A DNA stretch of 64,000 bases from a virus: IMG/VR virus record IMGVR_UViG_3300040811_000439, positions 8,889 through 72,888 of that record; one strand, written 5' to 3'. The notes under the pieces were generated by a model. It had not been told where the DNA came from, did not search any database, and worked only from the letters and a program-made list of their open reading frames with translations. Below, piece after piece: positions 19,161-27,931 of the stretch. The position numbers were made by a program, and so were the translations under genes. How positions within the stretch are numbered: position 1 is the first letter of the stretch; every line of letters begins with the position of its first letter.

Positions 19161-19190
19161 ATATTAGCACATATAAGGGGAGCGTCAACC
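19161..19190 (-). promoter_or_regulatory. Sigma70-type promoter
   Basis: GGTTGACG-16 nt-TAATAT. Confidence 0.65.
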
Positions 19191-19193
19191 GTT

Positions 19194-19538
19194 TCAGTGC
19201 CCTCTCATACCAGAATATGCACCATTTTCTCGGTAAAATCTGCCCATAGCATTAAGACGATTCTCTTTTGTGTAGAACATTATAAAGCTACCGGCGTCAC
19301 TAGTGTTATCGAAACGTACATCTGCACCATAATCTGCCCATCTTACGCTCCAACGCTTGTTCTCAGGGCCGTAATGCTCTTTCATAAACTCAAGGAACTC
19401 AGTGCGTACCCGTTTATAAATCACAGTGATGTCAGCATTTTTGTCATGGAACTGATAGTTGAACCAAACGCTAACAAGATGTTTCCATCTGCTACCTTCT
19501 ATAGGTTTGCTATATCCCAGTTCGTACTTTGTAGCCAT
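19194..19538 (-). CDS. Hypothetical protein
   Basis: ORF in packed operon. Confidence 0.65.
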   Translation of the reverse strand: MATKYELGYSKPIEGSRWKHLVSVWFNYQFHDKNADITVIYKRVRTEFLEFMKEHYGPENKRWSVRWADYGADVRFDNTSDAGSFIMFYTKENRLNAMGRFYRENGAYSGMRGH

Positions 19539-19893
19539 CTAAGAATCTCTGAAAATCTCCGTGCATAATTGCCCAGAAGTAGGTTTGTTCATCAAATAGT
19601 ATAATGCGAGGCCAACGTCCTACTTGCACATAGTAAGGCACTTCTAAGTGCTTGTCTAGGTCTAGCAGAAACTTGTAGCCTGTGTCTATTCGTCCGTTAT
19701 CGTCCCATAGTTTAATGTCGTATGAAGTAAGGCCTATGTCCTCTATTAAGCATCTAAAGCCTTGGTCTGTTAGTCTTAGGCCACCATCAGCACGTACATT
19801 CTGCCAAAAGAATACCATTTCAGTACCCTTTGGAACTCGTGTATGCTCTGTGTTTTTAAGAAAAACGTCTGTATATTGTTGTTTAGTTCTCAT
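19510..19893 (-). CDS. Hypothetical protein
   Basis: FWQNVR..GGLRLTDQG; overlaps neighbours. Confidence 0.7.
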   Translation of the reverse strand: MRTKQQYTDVFLKNTEHTRVPKGTEMVFFWQNVRADGGLRLTDQGFRCLIEDIGLTSYDIKLWDDNGRIDTGYKFLLDLDKHLEVPYYVQVGRWPRIILFDEQTYFWAIMHGDFQRFLDGYKVRTGI

Positions 19894-20182
19894 TCCCTGG
19901 AAAAATAGTCTTCCCACTATTTAATAGAACAACTGTAAAGTCCTTGGTTGTGAACTTTTGGTTGAGCTTCTTGCAGAGATTGATAGCATGTCCTGGGTTA
20001 CTAAAACTTACTTTCTTGTACTTTGGACCTGGATAGTTGGTTAGAATATTATGACTCTTAAGATTTATAGGATTACCTTGATAGAACACACTCCATATGC
20101 CTTCACTTGCAAGTACTTGGTCTGCTTTATAACTAGCACGATCAACTTTTTCTAATAAAACATTAGGTTTAGGTCTACTCAT
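19883..20182 (-). CDS. Hypothetical basic protein
   Basis: MSRPKP..GPKYKKVSFSNPGHA; ATAAATA motif upstream (20211-20217). Confidence 0.75.
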   Translation of the reverse strand: MSRPKPNVLLEKVDRASYKADQVLASEGIWSVFYQGNPINLKSHNILTNYPGPKYKKVSFSNPGHAINLCKKLNQKFTTKDFTVVLLNSGKTIFPGNEN

Positions 20183-20235
20183 TTGATTTCCAATAATATA
20201 CTAACATTATTATTTATCTTAGTATATTATGGTGG

Positions 20236-20448
20236 TTAAAATGATTCTGACTGTATCTCGATGTCTATTACGTTGTTCTCTTGTAAGGCTATAATTTTTG
20301 CTTGTAGATCAACAGTATATGCTAATAGATTTTGATATTCACGTGCGATGCCCTGTGCTTCTGACCTAGGCACCGTAATGTTCTCACTATTAGTTCCCGC
20401 ACAGCGGTTTGCAAAACGTTCTAGATTACCAAAATTAGGACGACTCAT
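20236..20448 (-). CDS. Hypothetical protein
   Basis: 70-aa ORF overlapping the upstream stop. Confidence 0.6.
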   Translation of the reverse strand: MSRPNFGNLERFANRCAGTNSENITVPRSEAQGIAREYQNLLAYTVDLQAKIIALQENNVIDIEIQSESF

Positions 20449-20905
20449 TTTGTGCTAACCTTAACTGCTCTTGCATTTCTAGCCGATCCTTATAAGGTCC
20501 TTTGTATTCATTGCGTCCAAGTGTAATTAGCTTTGGACAGTAACTTTTTACCCACCCGTGATCGAACTTGATAATGTAGTATCCTGCACAATAAAAACTC
20601 TGACTCTTAGGTGTCTTGGTATATAGAGGTAGTTTACGCTTTACATCGAAGATGTCATTATGTGGCTCACTCTTACAAGGATACCCGTGCACATCATGTT
20701 CACGTTTAGGTTCTTCTGTCACTTCTACCAAGTTACCAAAACTAATTTTGGTCTTTTCAGTTAGTGTAGCTTCATCTGGAAAACGTGCGTTCTTGTTTTC
20801 TACTGTAAGCACAAAGTCTTTATCACGTCGAAGTGTGCCAACCTTTTGGCCATTCTTTTCAACGATCCAAAACTTGTTTGGTACAATAGGTTTAGCCTGT
20901 AACAT
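20435..20905 (-). CDS. Hypothetical protein
   Basis: KFWIVE..PLYTK..SFYCAGYY..SYCPK; start at MLQAKP. Confidence 0.7.
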   Translation of the reverse strand: MLQAKPIVPNKFWIVEKNGQKVGTLRRDKDFVLTVENKNARFPDEATLTEKTKISFGNLVEVTEEPKREHDVHGYPCKSEPHNDIFDVKRKLPLYTKTPKSQSFYCAGYYIIKFDHGWVKSYCPKLITLGRNEYKGPYKDRLEMQEQLRLAQNESS

Positions 20906-21890
20906 GATATCCTTTTTGTAACCACTCTGCATATTTTGTAGCATCTTCAGCAATCCTATTCAGTTCATATTTGCCGCAGAACTTGAGGAATTTAGCACCA
21001 ACCATCTTGTTAGTCTTAGTATCCATTTGTCCACGCATACTTGTATCAATGTACTCTTTAAGTTCTGCAGGCTGTGCAGTAAGATCAATCAGTGTGCGAT
21101 TGCGCTCATAATCATCTAGTACACGATGCTCTTCGCCATTGTGATCTGTCCAACGCTGTAGCATCATGTTATTCCAGTTGTAGCCTTTGCTATCACGATC
21201 TTCAAATGCTTCTAGCAAACCAACCTTGTTCTTAGTGCCTTTCTTGCGTACACCAGGATAAGCACTGAACACATTGTCTGTGCTATCACCACGCATACAT
21301 TTCTCAAACAGTAACCATTCAGGATTGGGTGTTTCTTTAAGCTCACCTGTTTTTTTGTCCTTTACAGGCTTGCCGTAATCATCAAACACGCCTTCTAATG
21401 AGATCATTTGATTCTGTATGCCGTTGTACTGTTTTACATTGTCGCTAACCAGTTGAACAAAATCGCTGTCACTGCTAACGATAACATGGTCGTCACCAGG
21501 GTGCATATCAATCCAACGTGCAATAATATCGTCAGCTTCCGCAATTTCGCATCTAAGGACGCTACAGTTTGAATTATCTTTGAGGAATGTTGTAAGTTCA
21601 TCATAGGTCTCCCAGAACAGTTTGTCTTCTTCCTGTTCTTTTTCAGTTAGTGCATCTCGGGCAACCTTACGGTTCTTCTTGTAAGGCTCGTAATAGTCCT
21701 TGCGCCAACTCCTACCCTCGAGTGCAAATACCACATGATCTGCACCTGCGATGCGCCATGCTTTGTTAACTGCACTCATAGTTACATGCATAGCAAAACC
21801 CAAGCGGGTCCACTGATCCATGCCACGGTGAGCAACGTGTCGTGCTCTAAAAAACGTGTTCGCTGTATCTACCAGCAGATATGTAGTCAT
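20892..21890 (-). CDS. rnh: T4 RNase H-like 5'-3' exonuclease (FEN family)
   Basis: LVDTAN, SWRK..YK.NR, EADDII, SSDSDFVQL, RGDSTDNV. Confidence 0.9.
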   Translation of the reverse strand: MTTYLLVDTANTFFRARHVAHRGMDQWTRLGFAMHVTMSAVNKAWRIAGADHVVFALEGRSWRKDYYEPYKKNRKVARDALTEKEQEEDKLFWETYDELTTFLKDNSNCSVLRCEIAEADDIIARWIDMHPGDDHVIVSSDSDFVQLVSDNVKQYNGIQNQMISLEGVFDDYGKPVKDKKTGELKETPNPEWLLFEKCMRGDSTDNVFSAYPGVRKKGTKNKVGLLEAFEDRDSKGYNWNNMMLQRWTDHNGEEHRVLDDYERNRTLIDLTAQPAELKEYIDTSMRGQMDTKTNKMVGAKFLKFCGKYELNRIAEDATKYAEWLQKGYHVTG

Positions 21891-22642
21891 CTATTCACTC
21901 GTAAAACTGTGTTGATCTTAGCCTTGTTTACTCTAACTATATTACTAGCATTTTCAACAGTTGTCAACCGTGGCAACAAATAACGTGCCCAAGCGGTGTG
22001 TGCGTCTTCACCATAATGGTAACCATTGTTGACTGTAGTAAATCCTTGTGCACTGCACCAATGCCAATATGTGCCTGCTTGTGTATAAGGATCAATATAA
22101 CAATCGCTCCAATCTACAGGATCTACACTGTCAAAGTGACTGTAACTGTTAAAGAAAACGTGCTTGATATCACGTTCTAATAGTTCTTTGTGTAATAGAT
22201 ATATTTGTTCGTGCCAGTATTTCTGCTTTTTAATCAGCTCTTCACGAGTTTGTTCATTAACCCATTGCTTGTATTTGTCTGCAAGTTTATCAGGTACACT
22301 GTCTGTTCCACTTGCTGTTACTTGATAGTGCCAATCATTGTAAAACCATTCCTCACGTTCCCATGTACTCCAGCCTATAATAATAATAGTTTCGGGTCTT
22401 TTTTCGCTAATAAACCTTTTAGTGGTTCGTAAGATACGTGCATTGCTACTAGCACTAATAGCATCACAGTTGTAGCCTGCGTTTAGAGTACGACTTAGTT
22501 TTGCACCGTAACTTAATTCCAAACAACGAGGGTGTGCTAGCTCTCCCATATGAAGGTATTGAGGATCGTCACTAGCGAAGCAGTAATCGCCTACAAGTTC
22601 AGCACCAGCAGTGTGACTATCACCGTTTAGATATATTTTCAT
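21887..22642 (-). CDS. SGNH/GDSL-like hydrolase-fold protein
   Basis: YLNGDSHTAG, SSNARI, IGWS..REE, YHYGEDAH. Confidence 0.65.
   Translation of the reverse strand: MKIYLNGDSHTAGAELVGDYCFASDDPQYLHMGELAHPRCLELSYGAKLSRTLNAGYNCDAISASSNARILRTTKRFISEKRPETIIIIGWSTWEREEWFYNDWHYQVTASGTDSVPDKLADKYKQWVNEQTREELIKKQKYWHEQIYLLHKELLERDIKHVFFNSYSHFDSVDPVDWSDCYIDPYTQAGTYWHWCSAQGFTTVNNGYHYGEDAHTAWARYLLPRLTTVENASNIVRVNKAKINTVLRVNR
21939..21969 (-). promoter_or_regulatory. Sigma70-type promoter for rnh, inside the 3' end of the upstream gene
   Basis: GGTTGACA-17 nt-TAATAT. Confidence 0.65.
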
Positions 22643-22827
22643 AGATTGTTTGCGTGTTTGAAAACTCTCCACCAACACCAGTCAGTGATAAGAGTAAGAA
22701 TTAAAAATCCTAATGGACTTAGGAGAGCACCAAAAATCATAGCTGTTATAATTGTATTAAGCAGCCAACTCATACCCATTGTGTTTAGATAATTACTTGC
22801 TACTTGACGAGGTACAGCTCGGATCAT
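22639..22827 (-). CDS. Small membrane protein
   Basis: Hydrophobic hairpin; ATGA overlaps on both sides. Confidence 0.65.
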   Translation of the reverse strand: MIRAVPRQVASNYLNTMGMSWLLNTIITAMIFGALLSPLGFLILTLITDWCWWRVFKHANNL

Positions 22828-23195
22828 CTGTATTCAGTCCTGCCATCACCTAAGTCGTTACGAGTGACCATTGCTTCTTCTTTTTCGTAACTTTCCATAA
22901 CAACGTGTCTGCACACATCCTGGAACCAACGATCAACCATATCGTTTTCATCTTCGTCTCTATATCCAGCTTTCCATAACTGTTTAATAAAGTGCTCGTT
23001 CCAATCTAGTTCAAACGCACCGTTACCTGGATTGGCAGGGTCAACTTCAACGTTGAGTACCGATACCCAAGGCTCGCCTGCTTCTGTAGCAATCTCTTTT
23101 GCTGATTTTTTCTTTGGCTTAGGTGCAGGCTTTTGTTCTACTTTTTTAGCCTGTCCTAGTCCTACTGCTTTCTTTGCATCGTCTAAGAGTCCCAT
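22824..23195 (-). CDS. Hypothetical protein
   Basis: EPWVSVL..GAFELDWN..VDRWFQDVC. Confidence 0.75.
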   Translation of the reverse strand: MGLLDDAKKAVGLGQAKKVEQKPAPKPKKKSAKEIATEAGEPWVSVLNVEVDPANPGNGAFELDWNEHFIKQLWKAGYRDEDENDMVDRWFQDVCRHVVMESYEKEEAMVTRNDLGDGRTEYR

Positions 23196-23740
23196 TCGAT
23201 AAACTCTCCTGTTCCTATTTCCCAGTCACGTACTGATTCAGCAGTGTTCTTTCCTAGTATTACACTTGCTGCTCTAATCGTATTGCCATGACACACAATA
23301 AGATGAGGTAAATTTGTGTCCTCTAAAGTTTTTATAAATGCTCCAACTCTAGCAGCACAATCCTTTAGACTTTCTCCGTTTTCCGGTGCACGATTCCAAC
23401 CTCTACGAACATTCATAAAAGCAGGTTCACCTAGCTCTACACAAATCTCGTCCTTGTTTTTTCCACTCCAGTCGCCATAGTCTCGTTCTCTTAGTAAACT
23501 ATCTACCTTTACGTCGTCGAACCAAGGACAAGTTGACATAATAATACGAGCTGTGTAAAAACTTCTACGTAAGTCACTACAGTGCACACTTGCAATAACT
23601 TGATACTTATTTTTTAACTGTTCTGCAACTGCAAGAGCTTGTTGTACTCCAAGTTCAGTAAGTTCAGGGTCGTGCCAACCTGTACTTAGGTTTTTAGCAT
23701 TATACTCTGACTGACCATGACGTACCCAAACTGTTTTCAT
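23183..23740 (-). CDS. Histidine phosphatase / 2,3-BPG-dependent phosphoglycerate mutase-like
   Basis: RHGQS..N, SDLRR, LRERDYG, GESL, HGNTIRA. Confidence 0.88.
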   Translation of the reverse strand: MKTVWVRHGQSEYNAKNLSTGWHDPELTELGVQQALAVAEQLKNKYQVIASVHCSDLRRSFYTARIIMSTCPWFDDVKVDSLLRERDYGDWSGKNKDEICVELGEPAFMNVRRGWNRAPENGESLKDCAARVGAFIKTLEDTNLPHLIVCHGNTIRAASVILGKNTAESVRDWEIGTGEFIEWDS

Positions 23741-24192
23741 AATGCACCAGCTTTACGTAACTTTTCTTCTAAGTCAGGTTCCCCAGGCGTTACCGAAGAC
23801 GTCGACGTGGAGGCGTGGGCTATATCTGTAGCCTTTTTCGAGGGCGAGCTCTGCGACTTGACGACCGTTTTTGAAGTAACTGTCTGTCGTACCGCCAACA
23901 GGCATGAGGTAAACCGGCGCTTCAAGTCCCGCAGATCTATATTCTGCAACAGCTCTATCAACTTCTGCCACATCAACATCATCAGAAACAACGAACTTAA
24001 GATACAAGTGGCTGTTAGGAACACTAGCGTACTTAACAGCAACATCAGGCTTGATAGCATCAACCCAAGTATGTCCACTAACCGATAGTTTAGGGGAGCA
24101 AGAGAATGTAATGTGTACCTGTTGATTATCTGTGAGGTACGTTTTGAAATCCTCTGACAGAGATTGTGTAGTATTGGTTTCGAACGTGACAT
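23737..24192 (-). CDS. Candidate overprinted membrane protein in an alternative frame of queE
   Basis: 151 codons without stop, long hydrophobic segment, TGA overlaps the ATG of the next gene. Confidence 0.4.
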   Translation of the reverse strand: MSRSKPILHNLCQRISKRTSQIINRYTLHSLAPLNYRLVDILGLMLSSLMLLLSTLVFLTATCILSSLFLMMLMWQKLIELLQNIDLRDLKRRFTSCLLAVRQTVTSKTVVKSQSSPSKKATDIAHASTSTSSVTPGEPDLEEKLRKAGAL

Positions 24193-24637
24193 TCTTCAAG
24201 TCCTTCATGCGTGGATGTTCTAGCAACTGTATATATGCTCGTTGCCAACCTAATAGAGGCTCACCGCCTGTGATTACCAAATGGATATCCTGACCATTAT
24301 CCAATGACCATGCGCCTGTTGGTGTAAGTGCAAGTAGATCATCAACTAGCTGATCAATGTCTACATCATGTTGAAAACGTTTGAATGCAGGGTGCCAAGC
24401 AGCATAGCTATCGCACCCTACAGTCACAAGTGGGAGATCCTCAAGTGTATCATAGTTATCAATCTCATCTACAATCTTTTGGATCTGAGGCTCTGCTGTT
24501 TCGTCACTGTTCCTAGCAATACCAAACTTAGGACAAGTAAAGTTACAACCATACATACGAAGGAATACACTAGGCACACCTGTCCAGCGACCTTCTCCTT
24601 GAACTGAATAAAACGCTTCAGTATATCTTACTTTCAT
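23774..24637 (-). CDS. queE: 7-carboxy-7-deazaguanine synthase (radical SAM)
   Basis: EAFYSVQGEG, FLR..GCNFTC..CDS, ITGGEPLL, ETN, SPKL, RLH. Confidence 0.93.
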   Translation of the reverse strand: MKVRYTEAFYSVQGEGRWTGVPSVFLRMYGCNFTCPKFGIARNSDETAEPQIQKIVDEIDNYDTLEDLPLVTVGCDSYAAWHPAFKRFQHDVDIDQLVDDLLALTPTGAWSLDNGQDIHLVITGGEPLLGWQRAYIQLLEHPRMKDLKNVTFETNTTQSLSEDFKTYLTDNQQVHITFSCSPKLSVSGHTWVDAIKPDVAVKYASVPNSHLYLKFVVSDDVDVAEVDRAVAEYRSAGLEAPVYLMPVGGTTDSYFKNGRQVAELALEKGYRYSPRLHVDVFGNAWGT

Positions 24638-24646
24638 TGACGCCTC

Positions 24647-24835
24647 TTAGTCTACAACTATGTGGGTTTTTAGTGTATCAATCATCTTAGCCTTTGTAAG
24701 ACGACGATCGAGGTTGATACCATGATCTGCTGCCCAGTCATCGATTTCCTTCTTTGTCATCTTGTTAAGCTCAGCTTCTGTAATAACAGCAGGTGTGTCT
24801 CCAACTCCTAGCCATTTCATAATGCATTTAAACAT
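24647..24835 (-). CDS. Small protein with Rho-N/SAP-like helical motif
   Basis: LNKMTKKEI..WA..HGINLDRRLTKAKMI. Confidence 0.6.
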   Translation of the reverse strand: MFKCIMKWLGVGDTPAVITEAELNKMTKKEIDDWAADHGINLDRRLTKAKMIDTLKTHIVVD

Positions 24836-25301
24836 CAAATTCTCCATCTTCTCTGTGACCAACTCGCATAGCCATATTTGAGTCAGTTTCTCTTACCTCA
24901 ACCTTACAGCACCATACCCTAGTGCCAGGTTCCCAACTAGGTAAAAATATTGTGTTTACGTATTCATACAAAAAGTCTGATAGACCTTCACATCCAGTCT
25001 TTTCAACTTCTGTAATCTTTGCTAGGCCTTTTTTGCCTAGTTCTAGTAGCATGTCGCGGTCTGGATCATCCTGTGCTACTAGCAGAGTGTGATCAAACCA
25101 GTCTTCTAAGCTGTCCTTTAGTGGACGTAATCCACCGAAGTCTACTACCCAGTTACGAGCATCTAGGTCATCAGTTTCAAATTCAAAATGGAAACTTAAT
25201 GCGTATCCGTGGATAAGATTGCAGTGTGAATCTGCTCTCCACTGTCTGTATGCTACTGGACCTAAATGCCTGTATGTTTTTGTACTAATATATTTTGCCA
25301 T
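24828..25301 (-). CDS. queD: 6-carboxy-5,6,7,8-tetrahydropterin synthase
   Basis: HCNLIHGY, WVVDFG, FDHT, GCE, VRET. Confidence 0.9.
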   Translation of the reverse strand: MAKYISTKTYRHLGPVAYRQWRADSHCNLIHGYALSFHFEFETDDLDARNWVVDFGGLRPLKDSLEDWFDHTLLVAQDDPDRDMLLELGKKGLAKITEVEKTGCEGLSDFLYEYVNTIFLPSWEPGTRVWCCKVEVRETDSNMAMRVGHREDGEFDV

Positions 25302-25307
25302 GTTTAT

Positions 25308-25365
25308 ACTCCTTGGTTATGGAGTGTGCGGAATATTTAAAGAGGGTCGAACACCTTAGTCCTCT
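25308..25365 (-). ncRNA. Candidate structured queD leader (preQ1-I-like stem plus SD-sequestering hairpin)
   Basis: AGAGG-15 nt-CCUCU followed by UUAAAUA; ACUCC-8 nt-GGAGU hairpin covering the RBS. Confidence 0.45.
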
Positions 25366-25373
25366 ATAGTAAT

Positions 25374-25402
25374 ATTGTAAGATATTTATGATAGCGTGTC
25401 AA
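25374..25402 (-). promoter_or_regulatory. Sigma70 promoter with TAAATA in the spacer (queD)
   Basis: TTGACA-17 nt-TACAAT. Confidence 0.75.
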
Positions 25403-25989
25403 CTTTTATTTAAACGTGCCTTGAGTGCGTCCGTCTGCACTGCTTGGAAAGCAATAATACTACGCATCTCTTTACAACGTCGTTGTGGACCTGAACCGAT
25501 GTGTAGAACGCTAGCATCAAATGTAATTAGTTTTCGTGGTTCGTATTCACTTGCACCGTATTCATCGCCTTGTTTAAATTGTGTGCTACCGCCCCAATTG
25601 GTATCCCATTCTTTATCCGTATATAGAACACCGGTAATACTCTGTTCTGGTGTAGGCCAATCAGTATGGAAATCTCCATCTATACCAAATGTATTTGAAC
25701 TAGCCATACAGCGTACAAGCATGTAATCATCTTGCACCATATCTAAGAAACGATTAGCTAGTGTTTTGACAAGCTCTGGACAATCTTCCTTATAGTCCCA
25801 GGTTTGATGCGTGTAGAAGTTTTGAAACCAACAAGGATAATTAGGTTCTATATTACTATCGCTAGTTTGTCCAAAGCGCCACCTTGGAGCATATACCACG
25901 TCTGCAAGGAGTTCCACATGTTCATTTTCTGAAATCCATTCTTTATGTGTATTAAATAAGACCACGTGCATAACTCCAAATAGCAACAT
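25399..25989 (-). CDS. 2OG-Fe(II) oxygenase
   Basis: FHTD (HxD), WGGST, FDASVLH, distal R; start uncertain. Confidence 0.85.
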   Translation of the reverse strand: MLLFGVMHVVLFNTHKEWISENEHVELLADVVYAPRWRFGQTSDSNIEPNYPCWFQNFYTHQTWDYKEDCPELVKTLANRFLDMVQDDYMLVRCMASSNTFGIDGDFHTDWPTPEQSITGVLYTDKEWDTNWGGSTQFKQGDEYGASEYEPRKLITFDASVLHIGSGPQRRCKEMRSIIAFQAVQTDALKARLNKS

Positions 25990-26314
25990 ATGTTAACATA
26001 TGTAATAGTTGATCAAAACCAAACAATATCCAATACTGCGGATGTGCTGTTGTTAGTTTCATAATACGCGATACTAGTTCTTTACAATAATCAATAGTGT
26101 AGTGTACGGCGAAATCAGCTAACCCAACAAATAGAGCAAAAGGCCAACCAATAAAATAATAACAAATAACAAATGTAAAGACACCGTGTATAGCTGCATG
26201 GATCAGTCCACCTAGACCAAATAGTTTACTTTTTGCCTGGATCATCCACGGAGTTTGTAAACAGAAGTCGCCGAGCCAATGCTTAACTAGCAGTGCTATT
26301 AAGAGTTCAATCAT
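25952..26314 (-). CDS. DUF3307-type membrane protein
   Basis: HWLGDFCLQ, HAAIHG, HYTIDYCK, FGFDQLLH. Confidence 0.85.
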   Translation of the reverse strand: MIELLIALLVKHWLGDFCLQTPWMIQAKSKLFGLGGLIHAAIHGVFTFVICYYFIGWPFALFVGLADFAVHYTIDYCKELVSRIMKLTTAHPQYWILFGFDQLLHMLTYVAIWSYARGLI

Positions 26315-26826
26315 CACCACCACTCCTCATAGGGGAATACGACCCATGTATCTTCTTCAGCTTTGTTAATTTCAATGCTTGTATAATCGATGTTAAATGG
26401 ACTTGCTAGATTGTTTACGATAGTTGCAAAGCGAACATTCTGATTCCAAACTTTATCCCATCGGTGTTCATTTGGATGACAGCCTGCCGGCCAATCTTCT
26501 TTAATCCATTGGAATGTAGCACCACTATCGTTAATATCGTCTAGGATAAGAAATTTCTTATCTTCATATGTGCCACCCATTTGGAAAATACCAAATGCAT
26601 CTTCTGCCATCCAACAGTTAGATTCTTGTTCATCGCCATCACGCAAACGAACATCCAGTGTGTGCATTTTAATACCTGTAAGATGACTCATTAGAACAGC
26701 AGGAATTAATCCACCTCTGGTAATACCTACAATATAATCGGGCCGCCAGTTGTCGGCATACATTTGCTTTATAACGTTATGTACACCCTTTTCAATATCT
26801 CGATTAGACAGATATAGTTTGTTCAT
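26314..26826 (-). CDS. Purine phosphoribosyltransferase (Gpt-like type I PRTase)
   Basis: IVGITRGGLIPA, LILDDINDSGAT, WVVFPYE. Confidence 0.9.
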   Translation of the reverse strand: MNKLYLSNRDIEKGVHNVIKQMYADNWRPDYIVGITRGGLIPAVLMSHLTGIKMHTLDVRLRDGDEQESNCWMAEDAFGIFQMGGTYEDKKFLILDDINDSGATFQWIKEDWPAGCHPNEHRWDKVWNQNVRFATIVNNLASPFNIDYTSIEINKAEEDTWVVFPYEEWW

Positions 26827-26830
26827 TTGT

Positions 26831-27049
26831 TCACGCCTTGATGCTTATAATGTCGCGGGCGTCAAAATCAATAGGTCCTTTTCGTCCTTTGATATAACGC
26901 CAGTTAACATTATATTTGTTTTTTAGAGTATAACTGATATGCTCTACACTTTTACCTAATGCAATATACATATCATTTCGACTAACACGATCTATTCCTT
27001 GACTTAGTTTAGCATGAGCCAGTCGTTGCACTATTTCTAAATCTTTCAT
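26831..27049 (-). CDS. Hypothetical protein
   Basis: 72-aa ORF filling the gap. Confidence 0.55.
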   Translation of the reverse strand: MKDLEIVQRLAHAKLSQGIDRVSRNDMYIALGKSVEHISYTLKNKYNVNWRYIKGRKGPIDFDARDIISIKA

Positions 27050-27464
27050 CTCTTACCTTCTGCTTTCGCCATTCAAAATACTTTTCATTGTGCATCCATT
27101 TACCGTTGACAATGAAACCCCACTCACGTAGTTTAGGACCAGGAATGAATAGTGACCAAGCACATACTCCTGGTTCTAGTTCTACACGATGCAGACTCTT
27201 AGGACCGCTAAAACGCATGTGTCCTGGACCACGCCAGAAACGTCCTTTAGGAGTAGTCTCCCAATAACCTCCACGTAAGATTAGCGTGAAGTAGGGCCAG
27301 GGATGATCGTGTAGTTCATCCGGATCGCTTTGTAAAAACTTGTGTAAGAATACGTTAAATGGAAACCATTTACGATCTTTTAGAAACAAGTAATACCTAA
27401 CCAAGTAGGGCTTCTGCCCAATGCGATCTAGGATTACACGTTTCCTATCTTTGAACATATTCAT
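27009..27464 (-). CDS. Cupin-like protein
   Basis: LHDHPW..ILRGGYWE..HRVEL..EWGF. Confidence 0.7.
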   Translation of the reverse strand: MNMFKDRKRVILDRIGQKPYLVRYYLFLKDRKWFPFNVFLHKFLQSDPDELHDHPWPYFTLILRGGYWETTPKGRFWRGPGHMRFSGPKSLHRVELEPGVCAWSLFIPGPKLREWGFIVNGKWMHNEKYFEWRKQKVRDERFRNSATTGSC

Positions 27465-27919
27465 AAACTGTATTCGTAGTTATCAGTTGCAGTATTGTTC
27501 TGCAAAGTAACTGCTCCATTGTTTAAGTGAAACCTACGTGCCATATCCGTTTTTGGACTTAGTGTAATAAGACGTTTGACTTTATGATTTGCACGACATT
27601 CATCTAGCAACCGAAAAACAACGTCTCTGCCAGCACGTGGCGCACGACTCCAAACTGTATATGCTACGCAAATAGAACCGTGTTGATCTTCCTGACAAGC
27701 AGCCTGACTCATAAGGTCAAGTTCCTTTACAGTAGTTGGTACTTCATTAGTATAGGCAACGCAAATTGCTGCCTGATACTTACCGTCCGTTTCCAACACA
27801 TAAACCCGACGACCCGGGCCCAACCTAAAATTAAGGTCAAGCTCGGGTCTCACGGGGTCGTGGTTGGTATCAAACTGTAGTGCTTCTACATTTTCATATG
27901 TCAGCGTAGTTAGGTTCAA
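27461..27919 (-). CDS. GNAT-like hypothetical protein
   Basis: DPVRP, YTVWS..RAGR, TLSPKT.MARRFHL.NGA; TTG start. Confidence 0.55.
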   Translation of the reverse strand: MNLTTLTYENVEALQFDTNHDPVRPELDLNFRLGPGRRVYVLETDGKYQAAICVAYTNEVPTTVKELDLMSQAACQEDQHGSICVAYTVWSRAPRAGRDVVFRLLDECRANHKVKRLITLSPKTDMARRFHLNNGAVTLQNNTATDNYEYSL

Positions 27920-27931
27920 TACCTTTTCTCC

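Noticed and set aside
23717-24088. Antisense 123-aa ORF over queE
   Set aside because: No promoter, RBS or coupling; explained by the stop-poor composition of the same dual-frame region.
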